A DNA stretch of 64,000 nucleotides from an uncultured bacterium. GTDB taxonomy: Bacteria; Patescibacteriota; Minisyncoccia; Phycocordibacterales; CAIRYW01. Position 1 is the stretch's first letter; the number at the start of each line of letters is the position of its first letter. A program made the translations under genes and the position numbers. The notes beneath the pieces are model-generated. The model saw nothing but the letters and a program-made list of their open reading frames with translations, was not told where the DNA came from and made no database searches. The stretch lies in assembly GCA_963766885.1 (NCBI GenBank), contig CAVYBO010000002.1, forward strand, positions 22,014-86,013, given 5' to 3'. Positions 37,703 to 48,191 of this stretch are shown piece by piece.

Positions 37703-38796
37703 CTTGTTTTTTTATTTCTAGAAATATTTAAGATAATTCCTGACTCGGCAAGGCCTGTTAAAAGCGCCGTCCCTCCCTGGCTTATAAAAAGCAGAGGTGT
37801 TCCAGAAAGAGGAATAATTCCGAGCATTGAAGCTATATTTGAAAATGATCCCGACACAATAAGTATAACAATACCAACAGCAAGCAGTCTACCGAACATA
37901 TCTGCGCTGTTGGAGGCTATTTTTAATCCACTTAAGGAAAAGGTTACAAAAAGTAAGACTATAGTGACGCTTCCAAGGAAGCCAAATTCTTCACTCGCAA
38001 CCGCATAAATTGAGTCACTGAAAGGTTCCGGAAGAAATCCGAACTTTTGGGTGCTTTGACCAAAACCTTTTCCAAATATACCCCCAGAACCAATTGCTAT
38101 TAAAGATTGCTGGATTTGATAGCTTGAAGTCTGTGATTGCTCGGATGGGTGGAGATAGGTCATTATTCTGGCGCGTACATAAGGTCTTGTGGCAACGATG
38201 CCCCCCACAGTCAAAAGGGCAACCAAAAATAATAAGGCCACATGTTTCATTTTTGCTCCTGCCACAATAAAAATTGCCAAGCCTGCCGCAGCAGTAATAA
38301 AAAAAGTATCATTATCCGGTTCAAGTAAAAGCAATACCGCTACAATCACTGTAATTATAAGGTACGGTTTCAGACCATATTTTAAGGTACTGGCTTTCTC
38401 CCTTCCTTTGGAAAAAAAGGCAGATAGATACATAACATAACTAATTTTAAGAAGTTCGCTTGGTTGGAAACTCCAGTTTCCGAAACCAATCCATCGGGAA
38501 GCGTTATTCCTAGATATTCCTATGTGCGGAACCAATACTAAGCCGCACAGAATTACTGAAATTGTAAAAAAATAAAACGCAAGTTTTTTCCAAAGTTTGT
38601 ATGGGATATAAGAGGCTATGAAAAACGCAATCATACCCAAAACAAAACCCAGAACAATTTGATTTAAAGTTATTGAAACGAATGCAGATTCGCTTTTGGC
38701 GAGAATTCCAAGCGATGCTGATGAAAATATCAGAATACCGGCAACACTTAAGGCAATAACCGTAATCAAAAAGACTTTTTGTGATGTGGTTTTCAT
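37699..38796 (-). CDS. ftsW: SEDS peptidoglycan glycosyltransferase FtsW
   Basis: RWI..FQPSE, YQIQQSLIAIGSGG, LPEPFSD, ISQGG motifs. Confidence 0.92.
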   Translation of the reverse strand: MKTTSQKVFLITVIALSVAGILIFSSASLGILAKSESAFVSITLNQIVLGFVLGMIAFFIASYIPYKLWKKLAFYFFTISVILCGLVLVPHIGISRNNASRWIGFGNWSFQPSELLKISYVMYLSAFFSKGREKASTLKYGLKPYLIITVIVAVLLLLEPDNDTFFITAAAGLAIFIVAGAKMKHVALLFLVALLTVGGIVATRPYVRARIMTYLHPSEQSQTSSYQIQQSLIAIGSGGIFGKGFGQSTQKFGFLPEPFSDSIYAVASEEFGFLGSVTIVLLFVTFSLSGLKIASNSADMFGRLLAVGIVILIVSGSFSNIASMLGIIPLSGTPLLFISQGGTALLTGLAESGIILNISRNKKTR

Positions 38797-39872
38797 TATA
38801 ATTTACTTGCAATGATTGCTAAACAGAATCCTAAGACCCCAAAAATAATTGATATTATCCAATATCTCATTGTCACTTTGTATGCAGGCCAGCCTTGAGC
38901 TTCAAAATGATGATGAAGCGGCGCAACTAAAAAAACTTTCTTATGAAAACACTTCTTAGAAAACATTTGAATAATATCTGACATAGAAGTAATGACTAGC
39001 GGTAGAGCAATGAACGGAAGCACAATAAGTCCGTAGCCATTTGGAACTTTATCTGTCATAAAAGCGACTACTGTGAGAGTCATTGTTAGGGCCATAGTGC
39101 CTGTTTCAGACATATAAAACCTGGCGGGTGGAATGTTAAACCACAGAAATGCCAAAATTCCTCCGACTACCACGCTGCAAAATGCCGCAAGATCAATCTG
39201 GCTGTGGACAAACGCCAGGGCGCCATAAACTGAAAAAGAAACTGCAAACACACCTCCGGCCAAACCATCGATACCATCAATCACTCCGCCAGAATATATA
39301 AAAAGCATTATCAGTGCAAACACAGGAACAATCCAGGGGCCAATATAAATTTGATGTATTAAAGGAACTTCTATTGATACGACTCCTAATTTTATGTAAA
39401 ACCAAAATCCGCAAAGTAACCCAACCAGGCAAACAACAAGAAGTCTTTTTCTAAGCGATAATCCGCCTTTGATACTTCCTTTTCCAGCAATTTCCAAAAT
39501 GTCGTCAATCATTCCAATAATTGCTCCTATAAAAAGTGTTGCTAGTGGAATCCAAGTTTGGTTTCTGCTTATAAAGTCAAGACGCTCGGCGCTTCCCGGA
39601 ACAATTTTTGCTATTGTCCAAAATGCCAAAGCCACTATTATGGCGCTTGCCCAAATGACAATTCCTCCCAATCGAGGAGTGCTTACTTCCCTGTCTTTAT
39701 GAAGTCCGTTAAAAAGTGTAGTTTCTTGGCCAAAAGCGTCAATTTTACCACTCTTTTTTTTCCAAGCTTTGTATTTATATAAATAGTATGTCAGTACTGG
39801 AGAAATAACAATTCCGACAAAAAATGATCCAGCAAGGGGCAAGAAAACTTTTAATGCATCGCCTAGTATCAT
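38796..39872 (-). CDS. mraY: Phospho-MurNAc-pentapeptide transferase
   Basis: TPRLGG, IDD, DGIDGLA, FNIPPARFYM, APLHHHFE motifs. Confidence 0.95.
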   Translation of the reverse strand: MILGDALKVFLPLAGSFFVGIVISPVLTYYLYKYKAWKKKSGKIDAFGQETTLFNGLHKDREVSTPRLGGIVIWASAIIVALAFWTIAKIVPGSAERLDFISRNQTWIPLATLFIGAIIGMIDDILEIAGKGSIKGGLSLRKRLLVVCLVGLLCGFWFYIKLGVVSIEVPLIHQIYIGPWIVPVFALIMLFIYSGGVIDGIDGLAGGVFAVSFSVYGALAFVHSQIDLAAFCSVVVGGILAFLWFNIPPARFYMSETGTMALTMTLTVVAFMTDKVPNGYGLIVLPFIALPLVITSMSDIIQMFSKKCFHKKVFLVAPLHHHFEAQGWPAYKVTMRYWIISIIFGVLGFCLAIIASKL

Positions 39873-40438
39873 TGTTTTATAGCATCCAAATTTTCTTGTA
39901 ATATTTCTGCAGCAAAATTTTCAGCTTTTGTTCTGAGCGTATCAAATTCAGGAAGCTCTTTCTCGTTTTTTATACCTAAAAATGAAAACAACTCAAATGT
40001 TGGCTGATATAAATTTACTCGGGCATCTTTTGGATCTTCAACTTTTTCTATCAAGCCCCTGGCCTCCAAGTGTCTGACAATAAACTGCGAATTCACTCCA
40101 CGGATGTAATCTATCTCACTTCTTCGAACAGGAGATTTGTACAAAATAATAGTTAGGGTTTCCAGAGCGGCTTTCGATAGCTCCTTTGAAAGCTCTTCCT
40201 TTTGGAGTTTTTCTATTATTTCTGATGCATCAGGAGAAGTCCTTAATTCAACTTTATTTGCATTTCTTATCAAGACAACCCCAAAAGTAAGCCTTTTTTC
40301 TATGCTCTGCATAGATTGCTCTACTTCTGTCTCATTGCAGCCGGCCATTAGAGCAAGTTTTTCTATAGAAACCGGCTCGTTTTTCCAAAACAAAATAGCT
40401 TCAATGGTTTTCTCAAGATTTTCCGAAGTAGTGTCCAT
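39869..40438 (-). CDS. scpB: SMC-Scp subunit ScpB
   Basis: LSKAALETL and IDYIRGVNS motifs. Confidence 0.93.
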   Translation of the reverse strand: MDTTSENLEKTIEAILFWKNEPVSIEKLALMAGCNETEVEQSMQSIEKRLTFGVVLIRNANKVELRTSPDASEIIEKLQKEELSKELSKAALETLTIILYKSPVRRSEIDYIRGVNSQFIVRHLEARGLIEKVEDPKDARVNLYQPTFELFSFLGIKNEKELPEFDTLRTKAENFAAEILQENLDAIKQ

Positions 40439-40493
40439 TTAGCTATTTTAGCCTTTTTTGGCCTAAATTTCAAAGGAAATCTTACCTAGATTG

Positions 40494-41231
40494 TTAGTTA
40501 TATTGCGGAATATCTACCTTAGAATTTTGAATTTCGATATTTCCAAAAGTTGAGTCTTGTTTAACATCCAATATCCCCTGTTTGAAAAGCTCAAGCATCG
40601 CCAAAAAACCCACTATGGTTTCAATTTTTTGCTCCCTGCTTGCCGCTTTGCCTCCCGAAAAATCTTTGAAGCTCATTTTAAGAGTTTTCTGAATTCTTTC
40701 TGTTAGGCGTTCAATCATTTCCTCAATTGAAATGATTTTTTTAATCATCACTTTTGGCTCCATTGTTTTGACTGGAATTCTTCCGACAACATCTTTCATA
40801 GACGCGTACAGGGACTCTATTGTAATTTTTTGATGAGGAGAAAATATTACGTTCGAGTCCTTTCTAAAGATTTTTTCAAAAAGGATTTTTCTCCCGTAAG
40901 ATTTTTTTATCGTTTCTCCAAGTTCTTTTATTTTTTGATAAATTTTAAGTCTATCTTCCAAATCTGCAATGTTTTGCTCTTCTTCATCAGAGAGTGTTAA
41001 TCCTGGCAAAAGCGAGCGGGATTTGATAAGAAGCAGTGTGGAAGCTATAACAATAAATTCTGCTCTGTCCCCTATTGCGTTTTCATTTATTAATTTTATA
41101 TACTCTAAATAACCATCAGTAATTTTGGCGAGCGAAATTTCATTTATTAAAAGTTTTCTTTTTTCAATAAGCGAAAGAAGTAAATCGAGTGGTCCTTCGA
41201 ACACTTCTGTTTTGATTTTGAACTCTGGCAT
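40494..41231 (-). CDS. scpA: Segregation/condensation protein ScpA
   Basis: FEGPLDLLL, IKSRSLLP, FLAMLEL motifs. Confidence 0.93.
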   Translation of the reverse strand: MPEFKIKTEVFEGPLDLLLSLIEKRKLLINEISLAKITDGYLEYIKLINENAIGDRAEFIVIASTLLLIKSRSLLPGLTLSDEEEQNIADLEDRLKIYQKIKELGETIKKSYGRKILFEKIFRKDSNVIFSPHQKITIESLYASMKDVVGRIPVKTMEPKVMIKKIISIEEMIERLTERIQKTLKMSFKDFSGGKAASREQKIETIVGFLAMLELFKQGILDVKQDSTFGNIEIQNSKVDIPQYN

Positions 41232-42559
41232 TATGAAGATAGTAGACTATCGATTCTATTAAGATCGCGAGGAAAATCGGTAGCCTCTCTAATATTTGGT
41301 AGATTAAGCATCCTTGCTGTTAATCTTTCAAGGCCTGTTGAGCACCCTCCATGCGGGGGTAAACCATATTTAAATGCCTGGAGATAGAACGAAAACTTTT
41401 TCTCATCCAATCCCCTTTCTTTCATTCTGGCAATTAGTTCTTCATACTTATGAATACGCTGACTACCGCTATTTATTTCTAAGCCCCTGAATAATAAGTC
41501 AAAACTTTTTGAATATATCGGATCAGTTTCATCGGCATAAGTATAAAATGCTCTTTTTTTTGTTGGGTAATGCGTAATAAATACAAAATCAGATTTTTTT
41601 TTTTTAAGCGCCCATTCGCAGATTTGTCGCTCATCTTCCGGTGACATGTCGGTGGTATCTTCAATTTTTCTATTGAATTCCCTTTCAATAATTTCTTGCG
41701 CCTCCGAAAGTTTTAAAATTGGAAATTTTTCTCCTATTGACGGTAAATTTGTGTTGAATCTAGAAAACATATCTTTATGTTTTATTTCAACTACCTTCAC
41801 AACATTACGAATTACTTCTTCCAAAACTGCCATAATATCCAAGTGGTCTTTAATAAAACCCATTTCAAAATCCATTTGAGTCAATTCGCTTAAATGTCTT
41901 GGGGTTGCATGTTTTTCAGCACGGAAGATTTTTGCTACAGTAAAAACTTTTTCAAAAGGGCCAACCATAATCTGTTTGTAAAGCTGAGGGCTTGTAGCAA
42001 GATAGGCGGTTTGATCGTAAAAATAGTTTACCTTAAATGCCGATGCTCCACCTTCCGCATCTCCACCGACTAATGCTGGTGCTTGGAATTCAGTAAAACC
42101 ATTTTTTTGTAAAGATTCTCTATATGTTTGAACTAGTGTTGCCTGTAGGTTAAAAACATCTCGGGCTTTGTTTGAACGTAGTGTGAGTGGAAGATAATCA
42201 AGATAAGTATCAAGATTCACTTCAGTATTTTTTTCAAACGGCAGTTCTTTTGCTTCGGATAAAACATTTATTTTCAAAATTTCAAGTTCGATATCACCAT
42301 TTTGTTTTTCAGCTTGAATATTTTTTTCTGGCCTTTGATTTACTTTACCTGTTATTTCAACTACCCATTCTGGTCGGAGCACTTTTGCAGTTTCCATTGC
42401 ATCACTTTTTGGCAATACAACGCCTTGGACATATCCGGACATATCGCGAAAATCAAAAAAAACCATTTTGCCCTGGTCTCGCCGTACGTCAACCCATCCT
42501 TTGATCAAGACTTCTTTTCCTACGTGATTTTTTAAATCTTTTATGTATGTCCTTTCCAT
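41231..42559 (-). CDS. aspS: Aspartate--tRNA(Asp/Asn) ligase, archaeal-type short form
   Basis: OB fold, AEGG, SPQLYKQ, FRAE, YGLPPHGG, FPRD motifs; 442 aa. Confidence 0.9.
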   Translation of the reverse strand: MERTYIKDLKNHVGKEVLIKGWVDVRRDQGKMVFFDFRDMSGYVQGVVLPKSDAMETAKVLRPEWVVEITGKVNQRPEKNIQAEKQNGDIELEILKINVLSEAKELPFEKNTEVNLDTYLDYLPLTLRSNKARDVFNLQATLVQTYRESLQKNGFTEFQAPALVGGDAEGGASAFKVNYFYDQTAYLATSPQLYKQIMVGPFEKVFTVAKIFRAEKHATPRHLSELTQMDFEMGFIKDHLDIMAVLEEVIRNVVKVVEIKHKDMFSRFNTNLPSIGEKFPILKLSEAQEIIEREFNRKIEDTTDMSPEDERQICEWALKKKKSDFVFITHYPTKKRAFYTYADETDPIYSKSFDLLFRGLEINSGSQRIHKYEELIARMKERGLDEKKFSFYLQAFKYGLPPHGGCSTGLERLTARMLNLPNIREATDFPRDLNRIDSLLSS

Positions 42560-42560
42560 A

Positions 42561-43505
42561 TTAATTGACGCCTATTTTTATCTTTACATCTTCCAGTTTT
42601 GCCTTGGAAATTTTTCCTGCCTCGATTCTGCCTTTTTCCAAAACTTCTTTGACAAGCTTTTCATCTTTTTCTATTTCAGCTCTTCTCTTTCTCATCGGTG
42701 AAAAATAATTTATTATGTCCTCGGCCAGAATGTCTTTGAGCTCCTTGTATCTGCCTTTTTTGTCGGTATAAATTTTCTGCAACTCAGATTCGCTTCGAAA
42801 AAGCTTATGTATATTATAGACAATTTGGGGAGTCTCTGCCGATGAATCAGTAACGATAGACATCACTTTGGATCTGATTTCTTCATCCGCGTCAAAGATT
42901 CCAATATGATTATTGTAGCTTTTGCTCATTTTTCTACCATCAATCCCTGGCACGTTGCCCACACTTTCTAAAATCTTTTCTGTTGGCAGTTTAAAAGTTT
43001 CTCCGTACGCGCTGTTAAACTTTTGAGCAATATCCCTTGTATATTCCACATGCTGTTTTTGGTCGGCACCCACTGGAACAATATCTGGATCATAAAGCAA
43101 AATATCAGACGCCATAAGTACAGGATAATTGAATGTGCCGACATTTACTTCTCGGCCTTTTGCTTCAGCGTCTTTGTATGCGTGAGCGCGCATCAAAAAA
43201 GGCACACTGACCAATGTATCAAAAATCCAAGTTAATTCGGTGTGTTCTGAGATATCTGACTGCTTAAAAATTATTGTTCTTTTTGGATCAAGTCCTACCG
43301 CTAAATAATCAATGATTATTTCCCTAGTAAACTTGCGCATTTCATCTGCATTGCGGATTGTGTTTAATGCGTGATAATCAACCACTAACGCAAATACTTC
43401 GTGATCTTTCTGCATATCCACAAGCTGCTTCATCATGCCGAAGTAATTCCCTATATGAGGGCTTCCTGTCGGTTTGATTCCTGATAGAAGGCGTTTTTTG
43501 GGCAT
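42561..43505 (-). CDS. trpS: Tryptophan--tRNA ligase
   Basis: SGIKPTG, HIGNY, YPVLMASDIL, VPVGADQKQH, KMSKS motifs. Confidence 0.96.
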   Translation of the reverse strand: MPKKRLLSGIKPTGSPHIGNYFGMMKQLVDMQKDHEVFALVVDYHALNTIRNADEMRKFTREIIIDYLAVGLDPKRTIIFKQSDISEHTELTWIFDTLVSVPFLMRAHAYKDAEAKGREVNVGTFNYPVLMASDILLYDPDIVPVGADQKQHVEYTRDIAQKFNSAYGETFKLPTEKILESVGNVPGIDGRKMSKSYNNHIGIFDADEEIRSKVMSIVTDSSAETPQIVYNIHKLFRSESELQKIYTDKKGRYKELKDILAEDIINYFSPMRKRRAEIEKDEKLVKEVLEKGRIEAGKISKAKLEDVKIKIGVN

Positions 43506-43572
43506 ATTAATTTAATATGAAGATAATAGCAAAAAGAATCAAAATTTAACAATCGGCGCAAAAATTCTAAAT

Positions 43573-44268
43573 TTACATACTTAAGGCGGGTTCGCTGCTC
43601 TGAATTACATTTTCCGGAATTGTAAAGACAACCATACTTATAAGTATTCCAATAAAAACAAGCGTCATTCCGATGATGATATTTATCTGATTGTTAGAAA
43701 ACCCAAAAAGCGCCGCTATGCCGTCCAAGATTCCGTTTGCACAAAGCATGTACATTCGTTTTTTTAATGGGATTTCTTTTAGGAGGTGGGCCACTCTTCC
43801 AAAAAGCCACGCCCAGTACATTCCATACACAAATCCTGAGCCCGAAAGCAACACAGACGTCACAGGATTGAAATTCCAAATTACTCCAACCGTATGCACT
43901 ATCGGGTTTGCCAGGTTTGCAATCTGAAAGCCTACGGCTATTATAGCGATGATAAATGTTAGCATGTCAAAAAAAAGCAAATGTTTTTTGAAAAACTTAT
44001 CTGTTACCAATATTTGGACTCGAAAGCACGAGACTATGATTCCAAAGACACTTATATTTGAAAGCACATTCCCCCATGCCGCTACGCGCAAACCCATTCC
44101 AGAGAGAATTGGAACTGAATCAAAAAAACACATAAAAAAAGTAAACAAGAAAATAGTACTGTAGTAAAAAATAAAATCGTTATCGTTCTTTTTGTGCAAA
44201 TGCAAAAAAAATAAAAACATATAGAAAGAAACCAGACTGCAAAAGAAATAAATGTAAACCGATATCAT
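43573..44268 (-). CDS. Stand-alone 7TM membrane protein (sensor-domain-like)
   Basis: About 7 hydrophobic helices, no cytoplasmic output domain; last gene of the operon. Confidence 0.75.
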   Translation of the reverse strand: MISVYIYFFCSLVSFYMFLFFLHLHKKNDNDFIFYYSTIFLFTFFMCFFDSVPILSGMGLRVAAWGNVLSNISVFGIIVSCFRVQILVTDKFFKKHLLFFDMLTFIIAIIAVGFQIANLANPIVHTVGVIWNFNPVTSVLLSGSGFVYGMYWAWLFGRVAHLLKEIPLKKRMYMLCANGILDGIAALFGFSNNQINIIIGMTLVFIGILISMVVFTIPENVIQSSEPALSM

Positions 44269-44278
44269 TACTTTTAAA

Positions 44279-45952
44279 TTATAAGCTTTTTGCGAAATCT
44301 TTCACAGTGCCTCCGACCTTTGGGTTATTGTCTTTGAGACAGAGCTCAATTATAAAGGTTGATCCTTTGCCTGCTCCTTCGGATTCTGCCCATATTTTTC
44401 CTCCAGGATGCGCTTCTATTATGTTTTTGGCCACAAAAAGACCAAGTCCAGTACCCATTATGTTGGTTTTTGACGCATCAGGTGCGCGTGAGAATTTTTC
44501 AAAAAGCTTTGGCATCACTTCCTTAGGGATGCCTATACCAGTATCTTGAACATAAATTCTGCATTTCAGGCCATCAATTTTTTCTAAGTGGATGGTAAGA
44601 CCGCCGTTTTTAGTATACTTGGTTGAATTGTCTATAAGATTTGAAATAACTTCCTTTATTTTTCCTTTATCAGCATTTACTAAAAAAGTGTCTGTAGGAA
44701 TTTTGTAATCAAGGGTAAGTCCTGCAAATTTGACGTTTGGAGCAAGTTCTTTGACTACATCATTAACTAGATCCTTCAAATCAAAATCTTGAAAATCGTA
44801 TCGCATCCTTCCCTGCTCGATTCTTGAAACATTCAAATAATCTCCGACAATAATAACAAGTGATTGCGTCGAATCGAACATAATTCTTACAGCTTCTTTG
44901 ATGCCGTCGCTTGCGGGGCCATAATCACCTTCCAGTATGAGTGAAGCGTATCCTTTAATAGCCGCAAGAGGGCCTCGTAGTTGGTGTGTTGCGAATGATA
45001 TAAATTCAGTTTTTTGCTGGTCTAGCTCTTTGAGGCGGTTATTTGCTGATTCAAGATCTCTTGCTAGCAGCTCTATCTTCTCTCTCGTTTGAACCTCTTT
45101 GAGCACTGTTTTAACAAGCAGAATGCTTATGATAAGAATAAGAATAAAAACACTGATTCTTAGAATTATTTCTTCTATTGATGTTGAGTACAAAATTTCA
45201 AGAAAGGAAACAATTGATAGAGTAAATGTAAGCAATGCAGTTCCTGTAACTTTTATATTGAATAATTTGTATCGGATAATCGTAAAAGAAGTAAAAGCTA
45301 TAAAAGGGAAAATAAATAACGCACCGAAAGGAATCAAAGAATTCATATCAAAAAGAGATGGTAAAAGAAAATTAAAAGTTCCAAGAAGAAAAAAAGTTAT
45401 AAGCAGCCCAATAAATATTACAGTAAACTGTTTCTTTTCCTCCTTCTCAGCTTTTTTGGTTTTTTTATACAGAATGTAAAAAGCGGCAACAATATTAAAA
45501 ACAGTAACTATTAGGAATAATAATATCGCAGGACCCTTTGATACGGTGGAAACTTCTCCCGGAGACGCCAGAAATGTTATCTTATCGAAAACAAGAGGAG
45601 TTAGCGTCAGTAGCGAAGTTATTATCACAAGAGGGAAAAGGATAAATTTGAATTTTTTTGAAAAAGTTTTTTCTTCATCTGGAAAAACATACATTAATTC
45701 CAAAAGAGAAAATGCGTGCCATGTAGCAAAAAATATAACCAAACGAAGGCTTAGTAGAATATAAAAAGGCGTAGTGAATTTATAGTTTAGATAATTTACA
45801 ATACCCCAGCAAATTGATATGACTGAAAAAAATACGAATGAGCGATTAGTGATGCTTTTTGGATTACTGAAAAAAACAGTAAAGCCAAGAATTGCGATAC
45901 CAGCTATCGTAATTCCTACCGAAAACAAATCTAGGTTTGATAGTATGTCCAT
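44279..45952 (-). CDS. Sensor histidine kinase with N-terminal multi-TM (HisKA_7TM-like) domain
   Basis: About 9 TMs in the first ~285 aa; H-box SFATHQLRGPL, N-box NLIDNSTKY, G1 DTGIGI, G2 GTGLGL. Confidence 0.93.
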   Translation of the reverse strand: MDILSNLDLFSVGITIAGIAILGFTVFFSNPKSITNRSFVFFSVISICWGIVNYLNYKFTTPFYILLSLRLVIFFATWHAFSLLELMYVFPDEEKTFSKKFKFILFPLVIITSLLTLTPLVFDKITFLASPGEVSTVSKGPAILLFLIVTVFNIVAAFYILYKKTKKAEKEEKKQFTVIFIGLLITFFLLGTFNFLLPSLFDMNSLIPFGALFIFPFIAFTSFTIIRYKLFNIKVTGTALLTFTLSIVSFLEILYSTSIEEIILRISVFILILIISILLVKTVLKEVQTREKIELLARDLESANNRLKELDQQKTEFISFATHQLRGPLAAIKGYASLILEGDYGPASDGIKEAVRIMFDSTQSLVIIVGDYLNVSRIEQGRMRYDFQDFDLKDLVNDVVKELAPNVKFAGLTLDYKIPTDTFLVNADKGKIKEVISNLIDNSTKYTKNGGLTIHLEKIDGLKCRIYVQDTGIGIPKEVMPKLFEKFSRAPDASKTNIMGTGLGLFVAKNIIEAHPGGKIWAESEGAGKGSTFIIELCLKDNNPKVGGTVKDFAKSL

Positions 45953-45955
45953 AAA

Positions 45956-47014
45956 CTACTGTAAATAAATTATTTTAGGCTCTAGCCTAAGTGCTCGTGA
46001 TGACGGTTCGTCGCTGAATCCTAATCTGAATAATGCTGGCACAGCCTTATTCTTAACGCCAAATGTTTGCAAGATACTTTCGTAAGCGTCTTTAATTATT
46101 TTTTGATGTTCCGTAGAAAATATTTTCTCGTTACCTTCGTGGATGTTTTTTACTAGGTAAAGCACACCTGTGCAAGGATGGACGCTGATTCCCATTTTTG
46201 TAGCGTTGAGCCACACTTGCTCCATCGCTCTCCCGGCGTTCACGAAATCTTTATCTGATGAACCACTCATACTAATAATTGCTAAAGCGCCTGAAGCAGA
46301 ATATTTTTCAGCATTTTCTTTGACTATTGTATGAGATATCTTTGCAAGACGGTTCAGTAAAGTCAGAATAGTCCAGTTTCTTAATAATTTTACACCTTTT
46401 AATTGATGTGGTAAAAATTCAAGCGTTTTTATATAAAACCCGCCGGCTTTTTTTTGGTCTTCACTATTCCACAAAATATGATCATAAAAGAATTGATGAA
46501 GTTCTTTGTTTTCAAATATTATCTGTTCATTCACGGCTAGGGCTGCGCCCAATGTTTTCATTCTTTCTTGATCGTCTATTATATTGAGTTCCCCGAACCC
46601 GCTATCTTTTGCGACATTCACCAATATATTTTTTTGCTCATCAGAAAGCTTTTGATTTGCATGACTTTTTCTGTTGGTGCAGCGCGCTCCAAGATATTCA
46701 TATAGTGGATCTTTACCAGCCTCAGATTTTTTAAGCGTAATGATAGAAACAAGATTCGGCTCTTCCTTTTTTGGAAAAATATCAACATCTATGCTGTAGC
46801 CATAATTAGCGGCACTGATTAGAATGTTTTCAATGACTGCGCCGTGGGATACATAAGAACCTTTCTGCTTGAAGTTGTATATGGACTTGTCTGACTCTGG
46901 AATATTATAGATACTTATCTTATTTCCTGTCACCACAAATTTCCAAGGCTGGCAGTTCTCTCCCGAAGGAGCAAGTGTGCCATCATAAATTATGTGTTCA
47001 ATATCCTGTTGCAT
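45956..47014 (-). CDS. Nitroreductase-superfamily FMN oxidoreductase (Acg/Rv1355c C-terminal type)
   Basis: LAPSGENCQPWKF, RCTNRK, AGRAMEQVWLNAT, FRLG motifs. Confidence 0.88.
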   Translation of the reverse strand: MQQDIEHIIYDGTLAPSGENCQPWKFVVTGNKISIYNIPESDKSIYNFKQKGSYVSHGAVIENILISAANYGYSIDVDIFPKKEEPNLVSIITLKKSEAGKDPLYEYLGARCTNRKSHANQKLSDEQKNILVNVAKDSGFGELNIIDDQERMKTLGAALAVNEQIIFENKELHQFFYDHILWNSEDQKKAGGFYIKTLEFLPHQLKGVKLLRNWTILTLLNRLAKISHTIVKENAEKYSASGALAIISMSGSSDKDFVNAGRAMEQVWLNATKMGISVHPCTGVLYLVKNIHEGNEKIFSTEHQKIIKDAYESILQTFGVKNKAVPALFRLGFSDEPSSRALRLEPKIIYLQ

Positions 47015-48189
47015 TACAAATTAAAAATCTTTTTAAAGGATTCTGATATTTTTTCTCGTTTGAGGGTTTCCTCTGGGCTGGCATAGCTCGGTATTAGTTT
47101 TTCATCAAGTGAAATAAGCGAGCGGTTCATTTCGAGTTCCTGGCCGTTTAAGATTTTGCGTACGCAATAAGCTACGGCTGCGCCGTTTATCATAGCTGCT
47201 CCGCCAAGCTGTGGCCAGGAAACTATTGTTTTCCCCATTTCAAGCAAAGATTGCTGCATTTTCTCTGTCACGTTTTCCGGCCCAACGTGTTTGGTGATCA
47301 TTCTGCCAATGCCGAATTTATCGAGTTTTGACAGCATTTCGTAAGACACTTCGCCCATTCGGCCGTGGAAAAACGGAGTATTTGGATCAAGATCGTATCG
47401 TTCCACATCAACCACGGCGTTATCTCCGTTATCTGCTGCCATGACCACTGGAAGCCTGTTTTTTTTTGCCTGTTCTCTTATAAGATATTTGACGGCAAGA
47501 TTGTCCAATTCGTCAATAACAATATCCAATCCCTCAAAAAATCTTTCAATGTTTTCTTTATTTAGCCCTTCTGGAAATAATTCTATTTCCGCATACGGAT
47601 TGATCTCATAGATTCTTTTTGCTGCCATTTCAACTTTAAGCATTCCTAAATTGTCTACGCCCATAAGTATTCTGTTTGTATTGGAAAGAGCCAAACGATC
47701 TAAATCCGCAAGTTTCAGATGCTTTGCTCCGCCTTGAAGAACAATGGCAAAAGCGACACTTGACCCAACGCTTAACCCGCCAATGCCTACTGTCGAATTG
47801 TAGAATTTGTCCTGTTCCTTTTCGCTTATTAAATTTTTGTTTCTTGCTGTTCGAACTTTGTAGAAATCCTCTTCTGGCAGAATATGCGCTAATGTTGAGC
47901 TCCAAGGAAAGTAAACCCAGTGGCCTTGCTGCCAAATCGGCTTCTCGCTTTGCAGTCTCTGATAGTATTTTTCAAATTCATCTTTAAAATCTGGACTATA
48001 AACCCTGCCTGGATTTTTCACGCCGTACAATTCAAGCTCTTGTTCTTTGTAATCATCCGAAATATGTTTGATGTCTTCTTTGTCAAACATCTCTTCAAGT
48101 TTTTTTTGGTCATCAATCTTTGACAAATCAAAAAAGAAAGGTTTGATCTGGCAGGCTGCTTGGTTCGTTAAATGTTTTTCTATACTCAT
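47014..48189 (-). CDS. ThiF/E1-like adenylyltransferase (Rv1355c N-terminal type)
   Basis: WVYFPW..RTARNKNLI..EQ, VGIGGLSVG, DLDRLALSNTNR, DELD, WPQLG motifs. Confidence 0.9.
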   Translation of the reverse strand: MSIEKHLTNQAACQIKPFFFDLSKIDDQKKLEEMFDKEDIKHISDDYKEQELELYGVKNPGRVYSPDFKDEFEKYYQRLQSEKPIWQQGHWVYFPWSSTLAHILPEEDFYKVRTARNKNLISEKEQDKFYNSTVGIGGLSVGSSVAFAIVLQGGAKHLKLADLDRLALSNTNRILMGVDNLGMLKVEMAAKRIYEINPYAEIELFPEGLNKENIERFFEGLDIVIDELDNLAVKYLIREQAKKNRLPVVMAADNGDNAVVDVERYDLDPNTPFFHGRMGEVSYEMLSKLDKFGIGRMITKHVGPENVTEKMQQSLLEMGKTIVSWPQLGGAAMINGAAVAYCVRKILNGQELEMNRSLISLDEKLIPSYASPEETLKREKISESFKKIFNL

Positions 48190-48191
48190 AT

